The notes under the pieces were generated by a model. The model had not been told where the DNA came from, did not search any database, and worked only from the letters and a program-made list of their open reading frames with translations. This document shows, one piece after another, positions 43,136 through 60,749 of a stretch of DNA of 64,000 bases (position 1 is its first letter; each line of letters starts with the position of its first letter). The translations under genes and the position numbers were made by a program. The DNA comes from the human T2T-CHM13v2.0 reference genome, Homo sapiens. The stretch lies in the NCBI RefSeq assembly GCF_009914755.1, contig NC_060927.1; one strand, 5' to 3'.

Positions 43136-44457
43136 CCAAAAGCCCTGTGTTTCTCCTACATACTTCTGTTTTCATCCATATTATATTTGCTCCCCGATTA
43201 TTCATTTATACCTGACTTTTGGTGCCATACTGAGAGCTCCTGGAGAAAAGGAAATAGGTTTCCTTTACCCATTTCCCCTCCCTAATCTATCAACATGCCT
43301 GGCAAATACTGATGGTTCAACAAATGCTTTCTGCATGTAAATTTGAACTGAATGCATTATGCATATTGACTAAGGGTGGAGAGAAACTTCAAGGCAAAAG
43401 ATATAATTAGTCTGGCTATGTGGGTGACTGCCAGCACTCTAAAATAATCCATTTTCCATTGAGTCCCATAAGAGAGCAAACATTTGTGCTTCGTGCGGTC
43501 TCTAAATCTCTAAATCTCTTGAAATAAGCTTTCTATGTAGAACTATCCAAATTGTAGTGACTACTTGAAAGAACTTTATGTTTGTAGAAACCTATGTTTT
43601 TCAATTTTCCATTGGACAAACACTCAGACTAGTGACTTAGCAGCCCTGTAATACTGAGACATTAAGGCCGTTGAAAATATCACAAAGGTAGAAATACAGT
43701 TCTCACAGCTTACAATCACAATAGCAGTTTTCTATTCTCCTTGGGATATTCTGCAACATCCTAAGTTTAGCTTGAGATGGAAAGCCTGTGTGTGTACTGT
43801 AAATGGTGAAGGAGGGTGGGGATGGTCAAGTGAGCAGAAGAGCATAAAATAGAGATGTCACCATACTCTCATTGCATCCATTTGTCTTTTTCAAATACAG
43901 AAGTTGTGAGTCTCTCTACACCTAACCAACACATTGTAACTGGGTGCTTTATCTTCAGCTGTTTTTTAACGCTAAGTACTAGCTTTCCAAAATCCACTGG
44001 TGCTTGACTTTTGAAACTGGTGAGATGTGGTTGTATTTTACTTAGGGAGAAAACAGGTGGATTCCTTCAGTTGGATATCAGTAGTGGCGTATTTTGAATG
44101 TACTGGGACATATTTCTGAGAAAGGAAAACAGAGAGCTGATGTGCTCTAACTACCTATTGGTCTGAGCACTTTACTAGATCTACTTGGGATTTAGTCCTC
44201 CATCTCATACTTAACCCATCACCCCAGTACCCGAATCCAGTGGGAGGACAAAATAATGAAAGACATCATATATAGGCTCATAGAGTATCAGAGCTAATAG
44301 AGCTAATAGAGAGCTCTAAACCAGAAGATGAGGAGATTTAAAATCAGAGAGGAGATTGATTTTCTCTAGACAAAAAAAAAAAAAAACCTGAGAAAGTGGC
44401 ACTAGAGCTGGCAAAAGCCAACACTGGGCATGTCTTTCCAACTCTGCATTCTGTGAT

Positions 44458-44576
44458 ATCACACTGGGAGCTTAAAATTGGTTGTAGTGGGAGCATTCAC
44501 ACAATGGAAACTGGCAAATGCTACAAATCAGGGTGCTTTATTTCCCCCAAATAACTGGTTTATCAGCACATCACTG
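44458..44576. mobile_element. MER63-like (hAT-Blackjack) fragment
   Basis: ggaaactggcaaatgctacaaatcaggg..tttatcagcacatcactg end motif. Confidence 0.6.
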
Positions 44577-44674
44577 TTATATATTTGCAAATATAAAAAC
44601 TAATCATCTTTCCATATCCCCAAGAGCTCTGTCTTCTTTCTTTCACTTTCTTTTTCTTGCCTATTTGTTTCCCT

Positions 44675-44920
44675 TTATTAATTCATTAAACAAGTATTTG
44701 TTGACCACTTTTTATACACCAGGCATCATGCAAAGGGTTGTGGATAAAGTAGTGAAGAAAACAACAAAGCCCTGCCTTCATTAAGCTTAGTACAATGGGA
44801 GATGCATGCATTAAGCATATGACAGTTATGGTTACATTAAAAAATGCCTAATGTGGGCTATAAGAGCAGCCACAAGAGGAGCATAATTAGGCTGGGGAAG
44901 TGACATTTAAGTAAGATTTT
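44675..44920 (-). mobile_element. L2 3' fragment
   Basis: attcattaaacaagtatttgttgaccac..accaggc..aaagccctgccttcat. Confidence 0.65.
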
Positions 44921-44959
44921 CCTACCAAGTTATCGCAGAATAATCTGTGTGGTTCCAAA

Positions 44960-45465
44960 GCTTTCCAGCCAGACAGATCTGAGTTTGAATTCCAGCTGTA
45001 AATAAACTTTTTGAGTGAACTCAGGGAACCAACCTGTTAAATCCTCAGTTTTCTCTTCTGTAAAAAGGGCATAATCTTATTATTATTATTATTTTTTTTC
45101 ACAAGGTCTCACTCCATCACCAAGACTGGAGTGCAGTGGTGCAATCTCAGCTCACTCCAAACTCTGCCTCTCAGGCTCAAGGGATCCTCCCAACTCAGCC
45201 TTCTGAGTACCCAGGACTGCAGGCGCATGCCACTACACCCAGCTAATTTTTGTATTTTTTGTAGAAATGGAATTTTTTCCTGTTGCCCAGGTTATTCTTG
45301 AGCTCAAGCGATCCTCCTGCCTTGGCCTTCTAAAGTGCTGGAATTACAGGCATGAGCCACTGTACCTAGCCATGGGCATAATCTTATCACCTACTCCACA
45401 GGGTTAATGTTAGGGTTGAGTTGATAATCTGTAAAATGTCTAGCACCGAGCCTGGCATGTAATTC
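44960..45465 (+). mobile_element. MIR interrupted by an AluJ
   Basis: gccagacagatctgagtttgaattccagct..cctcagttttctcttctgtaaaa | ..tagcaccgagcctggca. Confidence 0.75.
45081..45371 (-). mobile_element. AluJ
   Basis: ctcaagggatcctccc J-type; perfect TSD GGGCATAATCTTAT (45067-45080 / 45374-45387). Confidence 0.9.
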
Positions 45466-46479
45466 CTGTTCCATAGATGGCACCGGTGTTTATGATTAAT
45501 ATCACTGGTATTATCTTTTCTTCCCCTTGCATGTCTAGAATGTTCATTCTATCTGTGCTTTTACAGGACATAAGCTTAGCCTCTATGTGTAATTTCTCTG
45601 AGAACACGGAGAACTTGCAGAGGCCATCTGGTAATGGTGGACACTGGCCAAATCATTGCTAATTGCCTAAGCATGCTGGCTCTCTTTGGTAGTGGGCTTG
45701 GCAGTTCTAATTAGTGCAGACCACATGATGTCTTTGAGTTGCTGCTCTTGGGAGCTTGAGTCCAAGCCAGCAGTTCCAGATTCCTTCTGAGGTTAGAGAG
45801 GCACCTTCAGAGAGTTGCGTTTAACAAAGATCTGGCAGGAGTAGGTCCCGCCTGCCCCCATGCCTTCCATGTGGGAGCTTGCTGGGATTAACAGGAGTAC
45901 AGGGGTTTGTGATTAGAGCGACAGATGGAGAGTGAGAACATTCACTTAGCAGCTTTCGGCGACCTCCGAGGGTCAATCTTTAAGCAGCTTCAAGCCCTTG
46001 GCCTGGGTTTTGATTTGCAAAGCTAAGGCCAAGGCCCCCCAGCCTAGGGTAAGAAGCATATGCTAATTCCAGGATTTACCTACCATTTAGCCTCCCAGCT
46101 GCCTCTCTTTGCATTGCCATATGTGGTCATGCCTCAGTCTCGATAACAAACACCAAGATATATGTTTACCCAGCAGAATGCCTGGCACAGAGGAGGGACT
46201 GCATAAATGGTAGCTGAACAAATGAGTGCAGAGAAGTTCTGCATTGCTCTTCTTCACCATGGTCTGCTTCCTGATTGTTTCTCCTTCCATGCACCTTCCC
46301 CTTTGCTTGCACTGATAGGTGAAGCAGGAGCCAACTCTTTATAGGGAATCCAAGGGAGGTAATGCTCTCCCCATTCGTCAACTTCAATACAACCGCATCA
46401 GACGTTTGTGTTGTCAGTTCATTGATCTTGTTTGGAGGACGGCCTGGTGGGGGTTTTAGTTTGGACTTCTGGTGGGGAA

Positions 46480-46775
46480 TTAGTTCAGCAGACCTTAGTT
46501 TTAATGCTCTGCCTTTCAGTCACAAACTGCATCCTTAAGGAAGTCAGCTAATTTATTCAAGACTCACTTTCCATATCTGCAAAATGGGACTAATGAAATG
46601 CTTGCCTTAAAACTAAGGAGACAAACAAAAAATCAGTGGTTCCCAGGGTCTGGAGGGAGGGAGGGATAGATAGGTGAAGCACAGAAAACTTTTAGGGCAG
46701 TGAAACTACCTGTGTGACACTATAAGATATACATGTCATTATACATTTGTCAAAACTCATGGAATGTACAGGACA
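46480..46775 (+). mobile_element. MIR fragment followed by an L1MC-type 3' UTR fragment (about 46608-46775)
   Basis: atctgcaaaatgggactaat; atcagtggttcccaggg..ttttagggcagtgaaacta..catgtcattatacatttgtcaaaact. Confidence 0.65.
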
Positions 46776-48029
46776 GAAGACAGAAATTGAAGACTAAGAG
46801 AGGAAGAGGAGGGAAGAAGAAGAGAAAATTTCATTTTCTGAGAATTAAAGTAAAATTCTGGAGAATTACCCTCTAGATTCTCTGGTGCTTGGTTGCTCAA
46901 TAGTAAGATATGTTTTCTGTACTGTATTCTTTGCTCTCTTAGTCATCCAGGGCAGAGCTAAGGATTTGTATTATATACGGTGACAAATTTGCAAGGGATC
47001 TGTCCTCAAGTACCCTTAGTAGTGTCTCTTTATTCTTATTAGCTTGCTTCTTCTTCACAATTCTCACTATTGCTCTTCATACCAGAGGTGACTGGAGCAA
47101 ATGGCCTCCTTTCAGCTGGGGATGGGAGGGAAGTACCTCTGAACTACCTTTACCATTGTTGGTATCTTGCCTTAGCATTTTCTCACTTAGTTTCCTATTT
47201 TTGCCATGAAAAGGAGAAACCCATCAGGTACAGGCCAGCTTTTCCTAACATCATGACTGCCAGAACAATTTTTAAGCCCCATGTTTTCAGTAGTGCAAGA
47301 GTTGCAACAGTTGGCATAAAATAGGTGCTTAATATAATGCTCTGCAAGTAGTAGGTACTTGATAGATGTTCCAATTATAATACCATTTGCCTTGCTTAAA
47401 ACACAAACCAACAAGCAATGCAGATGTTTCTAGGTGAAGGTGATTCTTTATGGATCAGCCTTTTTACTCCTGGGTAGATAAGCATTAAGATCCTGGTGGT
47501 ATAAAATTATAAAGAACCCTCGCCCTTGCTTCTGGTAGAACATGAGGGCTAGGTGCCTTTAAGGGCAAGATGGGTAACAAGATTATTAGAAGAAACTGGG
47601 ACATAGGGCAAGACAGTGGGTCTGTGAAGAACTAGAGGGGGTACGCTCCATTTTTACACCATGGCTGGCCACAAGACTACCATGGTGGTTCTGAAGTTTA
47701 GGACTCCTGGACTAGCCTTTCCCTCTGATTCTAACCACTGAGTGCCTCATATTTCATATTTTCTAACTGTACAATGATATGAAAATATTTTTCCAAGAAG
47801 TATCCCCTCAGGTCCTCAAGAAAGCCTCACGAGGCAGCTAGGAAATTTATTAGTCCCATTTTTCAGACCCTGACATAAGAGTTTGAGTGTAACCAGTTGC
47901 TTTGGGAAGAAAGGAAGCCCCCGCAGAAAAAAATATATAAAAGACAGTTAGGTAAAGAAAGATACATAGGACAGAGCATATTAATGAGCAGGCTGCTAAT
48001 GTGGACAACAGGATCTTAGTCCTGCTGGA

Positions 48030-48300
48030 GTGCACAGATCACCCCTCAGAGCTGCCCCACAGAAGTTGAGGAAGCTGGATGTTTAGCCACCAGCTCTTTT
48101 CCTTGTGGTTTAAGGGTAGCTCCTGAGAATATACTTCCCAAGCACTTCCAGTCCGCTCTACCTGTAGACTAATCAGGCCCTACAGTCAGAGATGTCCTAG
48201 ACAGAAAATTGCAAATGCTTATAATAAATAAGAAACTAATGACATACACCAATGCTGAATACTAAGAAGATATGGGCAAGGTCCCTCCAGCATCTGCTAC
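48030..48300 (-). mobile_element. LTR16-like ERVL LTR fragment
   Basis: cctcagagctgccccac..ggaagctgg..gcacttccag..gatatgggc..cagcatctgctac. Confidence 0.5.
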
Positions 48301-49229
48301 TGGAGAATCAGAGAACTCTACTTTCCTGTGGAAAGCAATTGCTAGAGCTGCCAGAATTCTACCTGAGGTCCCTGGTATCTGGTCCAATATTTCATCCACT
48401 GATGAACATGCATTGGATTCCTCCTTGTCTTAAAACAATCCTTAGGCTAGATTGAATTTTTGGACATCCCTAGAAAGAATTAGAGCTGGAATACAAAACA
48501 AGAAGGCAAGAATAATTTTCAAGAGTTACTTTATTAAGGCATCTGTGCTCTTCCTCTTGAGTTTCAAGTATGTCTAAGTGACATTGGCAGCACTTGGAGG
48601 ACACCTAACCTCTCGGTTCTACAGTAAGTCATCTTTATAGAACTGAGTGTCTTTCTCAGAAATGCAAGAAATTTTGATCAAATTTCTCTCCTTGGGGTGT
48701 CACAAGACAGCAAGATCTTGGCAGGCTATAGCAGCAGTGCTGAAAAGGACATATTTGGAAATTAATGAACAGTAGTGTTTGGTGGAACGCAGCCTGTGTT
48801 CTCTTAGCCTCTTGCTTTTTGCCAGAAATGAAGCCACAGAGGAAAGTTTTCTTTGTCACAAAAAGAGACAAGACGAGAACTCCAGGTAAAATACAAATAT
48901 TGAACTGTGAAATTCTATTTCATGTACGTTTCTTAGACTACAAGAGGGAAAGCAAAAGGTGGGGATCAAAATATATGAGTGACTAAAAAATATTGACTTG
49001 CATGCTTGTCCTCCTGCCAGCTCCCATACTACCCAGCTGGGGTGGACCACAGCCTAGAAATGGACAGAAGCTGTCTAGAAGGCTCACCTGCCCCCAGATA
49101 TCCCCCCACTTGCTGGGCTCTCATGTCACCACTCTTAGGCATTCCTTTGCAGCTAAAATCAGCATTTCCCAAATGCCTGTCATTTTTGCACATCGTTTGT
49201 GAATCTTGCCACACCTTCTGCACTATTAT

Positions 49230-49535
49230 GTATTTTATATATGTATATATTTGAGACGAAGTCTCACTCTGTCGCCTAGGCTGGAGTGCAGTGGCATAAT
49301 CTTGGCTTACTGCAACCTCTGCCTCCTGGGTTCAAGTAATTCTCCTGCCTCAGCCTCCTGAGTAGCTGGGCTTATAGGCACACACCACCATTCCCAGCTA
49401 ATTTTTAAAATATTTTTAGTAGAGACGGGGTTTCACCATGTTGGTCAGGCTGGTCTCAAACTACTGACCTCGTGATCCACCCACCCTGGCCTCCCAAAGT
49501 GCTGGGATTACAGGCGTGATTCACTGCGCCTGGCC
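49230..49535 (-). mobile_element. AluS (Sg/Sc-like) with an AT-converted tail
   Basis: gacctcgtgatcc diagnostic; full antisense Alu. Confidence 0.9.
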
Positions 49536-49839
49536 ACGTATTCAATATATTTTTTAGTTCCTTCATGTTATTTCAAAAGGAAGTCTTAAATTACTAGTTA
49601 GTGGAGAACTGGAATCTATTGCCAAACACAGAGGTTGTAAAAGTAAACAAAATTAAAATAAAGTTGATTTGTTAAAATTCCAGCTAAATATTCTTACTAA
49701 ACAAAGGCTGTCAGTCTGAGATCTGGTCTTTTTTGTAAAGTAAAAAAAGACAGGGGGTAGGGGGGCATCAGCAAAAGTTAAAGAGGTGTTAACCCAAGCT
49801 GTGTGTGGCTTGCTCCTCAATAACACCTGCAAATTATCT

Positions 49840-50710
49840 ATCAAGTGTATATTATACCAGGCACTGTTTTAGACACCTACCTAGAGTACAGAATGAGCAA
49901 AACAAATAAAGACTTTTACTCCCATGGAGCTTATTTTCCAGGCAGGTGGGTAATAGATAAGAAATAATACAGATAAGGAAAAAGTAAACTTTACTTTAGA
50001 AGCTGTTAAATGCCATGGGCGGGGGAGAAAGAAGAGTTGAGTGAGAGGCAACAAGAATGCAGGAAGGAAAATTCTCAAGGAAAAGGCAAGATTTGAGCAA
50101 GGGCTTCATGGATGGGGAGGAGTTTGCCCAGCAGATAACTGGAGGAAGAGCATTTCAAGAAGAGCTATAGGGTGGAGAAGGGGTTCTCAAACTCTGACAT
50201 ACATCACAACCATCCAGTGGGCTTCGTTTAAAATACGTATTGCTGGATCTGACATCAAGAATATTCTCTTCAGCAGGTCAGGAGCAGTGCCTAAGAATTC
50301 ACATTACTCAGCATTCCCAAGTGATGCTGATGTTTCTAGTCCATGGACCATATTCTGAGAACTACTGGGTTCAAGCAAAGTGCATTGTTGGTAGCCTTCC
50401 TTCATAGAATATGGAAGGAGACTGGCAGAGAATTAATAGAGAGTTAATATTGTCTCACTCTGACTACTTTGTGCAAAACAGACTATAGAGTTTGTGGTGG
50501 GAGACAAGGGTGGAAGCAGGAAATCCAGTGAAGGTGCTATTGTAGTAATCCAGCCAAGAAAGCATAGTGGCTCAGACCAGGGTGGCTTAGTGGAGATGTG
50601 GGATGTGGTCAGAATCTAAATATGTTTTGAAGGTAGAGCCAGGCTCCTAATAAGAGTAAGGGTGGAGTATAAGAAAGGAAAGAGTTAAGGATAACTCCAG
50701 GTTTTGTTTG
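49840..50710 (-). mobile_element. L2 fragments with an inserted MER5A (about 50178-50367)
   Basis: ccaggcactgttttagac..ctcccatggagctta; MER5A ggttctcaaact..gtgatgctgatg..gagaactactg; aaatatgttttgaaggtagagcc. Confidence 0.7.
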
Positions 50711-50779
50711 TTTGTTCTTAATTACAAATTATAACAATGTGGCTTCCATATAGTTAATGTTATTGAATATTCTGTCCAT

Positions 50780-51294
50780 TTTGCAAGAAAAAATTACACT
50801 GGACCCTTGTTAAAATGGCAAGGAGGACTTTATTCAAGACCATTGCAATAGGGGTCTAGACTGTTGCAATAGTTGAACTGGACTTCACTGAAACAAAAGG
50901 ATTTTTAAACACTAGAGTGAGCTAATGGAAAAGTAATGAAGGATGTTAGGGAGGAGGTTGTTCAATGTGATTAGGACATTATTGGTGGTTGTTAATTGTC
51001 ACTTATGGGAATTAGATTTCCACTCTCCCACAGAGACTAGGAGATAGGGTCCCTATCTTTCTTGATGATGACCTTTCAAAGTGATGGCTCCCAAGTTCTT
51101 GAGAAAGACATTCCTGAACAAAACTGACAAAAGGCTGGGAGAAAATTTATATCTTTAAAAGACAAAGAAAGAATTTACATTTGCAAGTTTCTAAAGAAAA
51201 TGCTTTAAGAAATGGAAGATTAGGGGCCTAGATTCAGGAAGAAGTCTATTTAAAGTTTCTCCAAGCTGATGGGAACATTAGGCCTTCTTGGTCA
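50780..51294 (-). mobile_element. MER31-like ERV1 solo LTR
   Basis: Reverse complement starts TGACCAAGAAGGCC..GTTCCC..CAGCTTG..AAACTTTA; TSD CCAT (50776-50779 / 51295-51298). Confidence 0.7.
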
Positions 51295-52264
51295 CCATGC
51301 AAATATTACAAGAAAAATAGAATTCTGTGTGCCTTCAAACAAAGTACAATTCCAGTGATAAATGAGCAATTTATGTTGGTTTATTTATCCTCAAGGGAGT
51401 CAGTCTGACAGAGGATGAGAAAAAAATTTTTTTGAATTTCTTCTTTAAGATTTATTGCATTAATTTAATTCTATTCCTGGAAATAATGGGAAATGACTTA
51501 GGGCAATTTTTTTCTTTCCAGAAAATTCTGACAGATTATGCTTTTGATTGGTAAAAGGAAAGTGGGAATAACATAAAAATCACCATGAAAGATTTATAAA
51601 TTATAAAAGCTATAAAGTAGACTTTTTCTGAAGAGATAGAAATTTAAGATCTTTGAAAAAAGCTATGTTCTCCAGGAAGTTCTACGAGATTAATAGAGAA
51701 AACGTTTAAATTTTTTTGACAAAAAACTTAAGGTCCACATGAAAAATGGAAATTTGCTGAGGAAGGTACCAGATGATAAATAAGACTATGACAAAAAATT
51801 GTATCACCTTGAAAGAATTTAATGTGCGCATATCTTGCAGTTCCTTATGGAATTGCGAGGTAAGGGCAGGTTTCTGAAGCAAATGGTGTTAATGTGAGTG
51901 TGTGGTAGAAAGATACAGGATTGTGCCTGTCTTTAAAATACACAGAGCTCCTTTAAAAAAATACACATAGCTCCTATATTTTCAAAGGAACTCTTATGCG
52001 ATATGATGAACTAAGGGAGTTAGCTAATTTTTTGGAAAAGCCTTGTGCAGTACAGAGTAATCTATAAGCAAAATATTTTAACCTGACTGTATTTCAGTAA
52101 GATTCCATTTTTTGGTCCTGAATATATTACATTCAGAATTTCTTCTTCATATAGGCATGTCACATGTCCTACAATCAAGTTAAAACAAAAAAGATGAATG
52201 AAATATTTTCTACAGACAAAAGAAAAACAGAGGTTGTGCATTTCCTACTACCAATACAAATACA

Positions 52265-52423
52265 CAGCCAACAGACACATGAAAAAATGCTCATCATCAC
52301 TGGCCATCAGAGAAATGCAAATCAAAACCACAGTGAGATACCATCTCACACAAGTTAGAATGGAGATAAAAAGTCAGGAAAGAACAGGTGCTGGAGAGGA
52401 TGTAGAGAAATAGGAACGCTTTT
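52265..52423 (+). mobile_element. Inverted terminal fragment of the host L1 ORF2
   Basis: cagccaacagacacatgaaaaaatgctc..aataggaacgctttt is the L1 sequence that normally follows the point where the minus-strand L1 stops; CTTTT microhomology. Confidence 0.85.
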
Positions 52424-53924
52424 GAGGAGTGTCTGTTCATATCCTTTGCCCACTTTTGATAGGGTTGTTTGATTTTTTTCCTGTAAGTTTGTTTAAGTTC
52501 TTTGTATATTCTGCATATTAGCCCTTTGTCAGATGGGTAGAGTGTAATAATTTTCTCCCATTCTGTAGGTTGCCTGTTCACTCTGATGGTAGTTTCTTCT
52601 GCTGTGCAGAAGCTCTTTAGTTTAAATTGATCCCATTTGTCAATTTTAGCTTTTGTTGCCATTGTTTTTGGTGTTTTAGTCATGAAGTCCTTGCCCATGC
52701 CTATGGCCTGAATGGTATTGCCTAGGTTTCTTCTAGGGTTTTTATGGTTTTTGGTCTAACATTTAAGTCTTTAATCCATCTTGAATTGATTTTTGTATAA
52801 GGTGTAAGGAAGGAATCCAGTTTCAGCTTTCTACATGTGGCTAGCCAGTTTTCCCAGCACCCTTTATTAAATAGGGAAGCCTTTCCCCATTTCTTGTTTC
52901 TGTCAGGTTTGTCAAAGATCAGATGGTTGTAGTTGTGTGGTATTATTTCCAAGGGCTCTATTCTGTTCCATTGGTCTATATCTCTGTTTTGGTACCAGTA
53001 CCATGCTGTTTTGGTTACTGTAGCCTTGTAGTATAGTTTGAACTCAGGTAGCGTGATGCCTCCAACTTTGTTCTTTTGGCTTAGGATTGTCTTGGCAATG
53101 TGGGCTCTTTTTTGGTTCCATATGAACTTTAAAGTAGTTTTTTCCAATTCTGTGAAAAAAGTCATTGGCTTGATGGGGATGGCATTGAATCTATAAATTA
53201 CCTCGGGCAGTATGGCCATTTTCACACTATTGATTCTTCCTACCCATGAACATGAAATTTTCTTCCATTTGTGCCCTCTTCTATTTCACTGAGCAGTGGT
53301 TTGTAGTTCTTCTTGAAGAGGTCCTTCTCACCCTTGTAAGTTGGATTCCTAGGTATTTTATTCACTTTGGAGCAATTGTGAATGGGAGTTCACTCATGAT
53401 TTGGCTCTCTGTCTGTTATTGGTATATAGGAATGCTTGTGATTTTTGCACATTGATTTTGAATCCTGAGAGTTTGCTGTAGTTGCTTATCAGCTTAAGGA
53501 TATTTTGTGCTGATATGATGGGGTTTTCTAAATATGCAATCATGTCATCTGCAAACAGGGACAATTTGACTTCCTCTTTTCCTAATTGCATACCCTTTAT
53601 TTCTTTCTCTTACCTGATTGCCCTGGCCAGAACTTCCAATACTATGTTGAATACGAGTGGTGAGAGAGGGTATCCCTCTCTTGTGCCAGTTTTCAAAGGG
53701 AATGTTTCCAGTTTTTGCCCATTCAGTATGATATTGGCTGTGGATCTGTCATAAATATCTCTTATTCCTGGTTTAGTCTTGGGAGAGTGTATGTGTCGAG
53801 GAATTTATCCATTTCTTCTAGATTTTCCAGTTTATTTGCGTAGAGGTGTTTTTAGTATTCTCTGATGGCAGTTTGTATTTCTGTGGGATCGGTGGTGATA
53901 TCTCCTTTATCATTTTTTATTGGG

Positions 53925-55114
<1,190 letters not shown>

Positions 55115-55117
55115 TAA

Positions 55118-57445
<2,328 letters not shown>

Positions 57446-58496
57446 ACAATGAGAACACATGGACACAGGAGGGGGAACATCACACACCGGGGCCTGTTGT
57501 GGGGTGGGGGGAGGGGGGAGGGATAGCATTAGGAGATATACCTAATGCTAAATGACGAGTTAATGGGTGCAGCACACCAACATGGCACATGTATACATAT
57601 GTAACTAACCTGTACATTGTGCACATGTACCCTAAAACTTAAAGTATAATAATAATAATAAAAAGAAAAAAATAAATAAATAACTCATTATTTTGAGATA
57701 CATTCCATCAGTACCGAGTTTATCGAGAGTTTTTAGCATGAAGGGTTGTCGAATTTTGTCAAAGACCTTTTCTGCATCTATTGAGATAATCATGTGGTTT
57801 TTGTCTTTGGTTCTGTTTATATGATGGATTATGATTATTGATTTGCGCATGTTGAACAAGCCTCGCATCCCAGGTATGAAGCCCACTTGATCGTGGTGGA
57901 TAAGCTTTTTGATATGCTGCTGGATTCTGTTTGCCAGTATTTTATTGATGATTTTTGCATCAATGTTCATCAGGGATATTTGTCTAAAATTCTCTTTTTT
58001 TGTTGTGTCTCTGCCAGGCTTTGGTATCAGGATGATGTTGGCCTCATAAAATGAATTAGGGAGGATTCCCTCTTTTTCTATTGATTGGAATAGTTTCAGA
58101 AGGAATGGTACCAGCTCCTCTTTGTACCTCTGGTAGAATTCGACTGTGAGTCCATCTGTTCCTGGACTTTTTTTGGTTAGTAGGCTATTAATTATTGCCT
58201 GAATTTCAGAATCTGTTATTGGTCTATTCAGGGGTTCAAATTCTTCCTGGTTTAGTCTCAGGAGGGTGAGTGTGTCCAGGAATTTATCTATTTCTTCTAG
58301 ATTTTCTGGTTTACTGACGTAGAGGTGTTTATTGTATTCTCTGATGGTAGTTTGTATTTCTGTGGGATCGGTGGTGATATCCCCTTTATCATTTTTTATT
58401 GGGTCAATTTGATTCTTCTTTCTTTTCTTCTTTATTAGTCTTGCTAGCAGTCTATCAGTTTCGTTGATCTTTTCAAAAAACCAGCTCCTGGATTCA

Positions 58497-59258
<762 letters not shown>

Positions 59259-60749
59259 TTATTGAATTGATCACTTTACCATTATGTAATGGCCTTCTTT
59301 GTCTCTTTTGATCTTTGTTGGTTTAAAGTCTGTTTTATCAGAGACTAGGATTGCAACCCCTTCTCTTTTTTTTTGTTTTCCATTTGCTTGGTAGATCTTC
59401 CTCCATCCCTTTATTTTGAACCTATATGTGTCTGTGCACGTGAGATGGGTCTCCTGAATACAGTACACTGATGGGTCTTGATTCTTTATGCAATTTGCCA
59501 GTCTGTGTCTTTTAATTGGGGCATTTAGGCCATTTACATTTAAGGTTAATATTGTTATGTGTGAATTTGATCCCGTCATTATGATGTTAGCTGGTTATTT
59601 TGCTCGTTATTTGATGCAGTTTCTTCCTAGCATCAATGGTCTTTACAATTTGGCATGTTTTTGCCGTGGCTGGAACCAGTTGTTCCTTTCCATGTTTAGT
59701 GCTTCCTTCAGGACCTCTTGTAAGGCAGGCCTGGTGGTGACAAGATCTCTCAGCATTTGTTTGTCTGTAAAGGATTTTATTTCTCCTTTACTTATGAAGC
59801 TTAGTTTGGCTGGATATGAAAATCTGGGTTGAAAATTCTTTTCTTTAAGTATGTTGAATATTGGCCCCCACCCTCTTCTGGCTTGTAGAGTTTCTGCTGA
59901 GAGATCTGCTGTTAGTCTGATGGGCTTCCCTTTGTGGGTAACCCAGCCTTTCTCTCTGACTGCCCTTAACATTTTTTCCTTCATTTCAACTTTGGTGAAT
60001 CTGACAATTATGTGTCTTGGCGTTGCTCTTCTCAAGGTGTAACTTTGTCACATTCTCTGTATTTCCTGAATTTGAATGTTGGCCTGCCTTGCTAGGTTGG
60101 GGAAGTTCTCCTGGATAATATTCTGAAGAGTGTTTTCCAAACTGGTTCCCTTCTCCCCATCACTTTCAGGTGCACGAATCAGACATAGATTTGGTCTTTT
60201 CACATAGTCCCATATTTCGTGGAGGCTTTGTTAGTTTCTTTTTACTCTTTTTTCTCTCAACTTCTGTTCTCATTTCATTTCATTCCTTTGATCTTCAATC
60301 ACTGATACCCTTTCTTCCACTTGATCAAGTCAGCTACTGAAGCTTGTGCATGCATCACGTAATACTCATGCCATGGTTTTCAGCTCCATCAGGTCATTTA
60401 AGGACTTCTCTACACTGTTTATTCTAGTTAGCCATTCGTCTAATCATTTTTCAAGGTCTTTAGCTTCTTTGCGATGGGTTTGAACATCCTCCTTTCGCTC
60501 AGAGAAGTTTGTTATTACTGATCATCTGAAGCCTTCTCTCCACTCCTCAAAGTCATTTTCCATCCAGCTTTGTTCTGTTGCTGGCGATGAGCTGTGTTCT
60601 TTTGGAGGAGAAGAGGCACTCTGATTTTTAGAATTTTCAGCTTTTCTGCTCTTGTTTCTCCCTATCTTTGTGGTTTTATCTACCTTTGGTCTTTGACGAT
60701 GGTGACGTACAGATGGGGTTTTGGTGTGGATGTCCTTTCTGTTTGTTAG

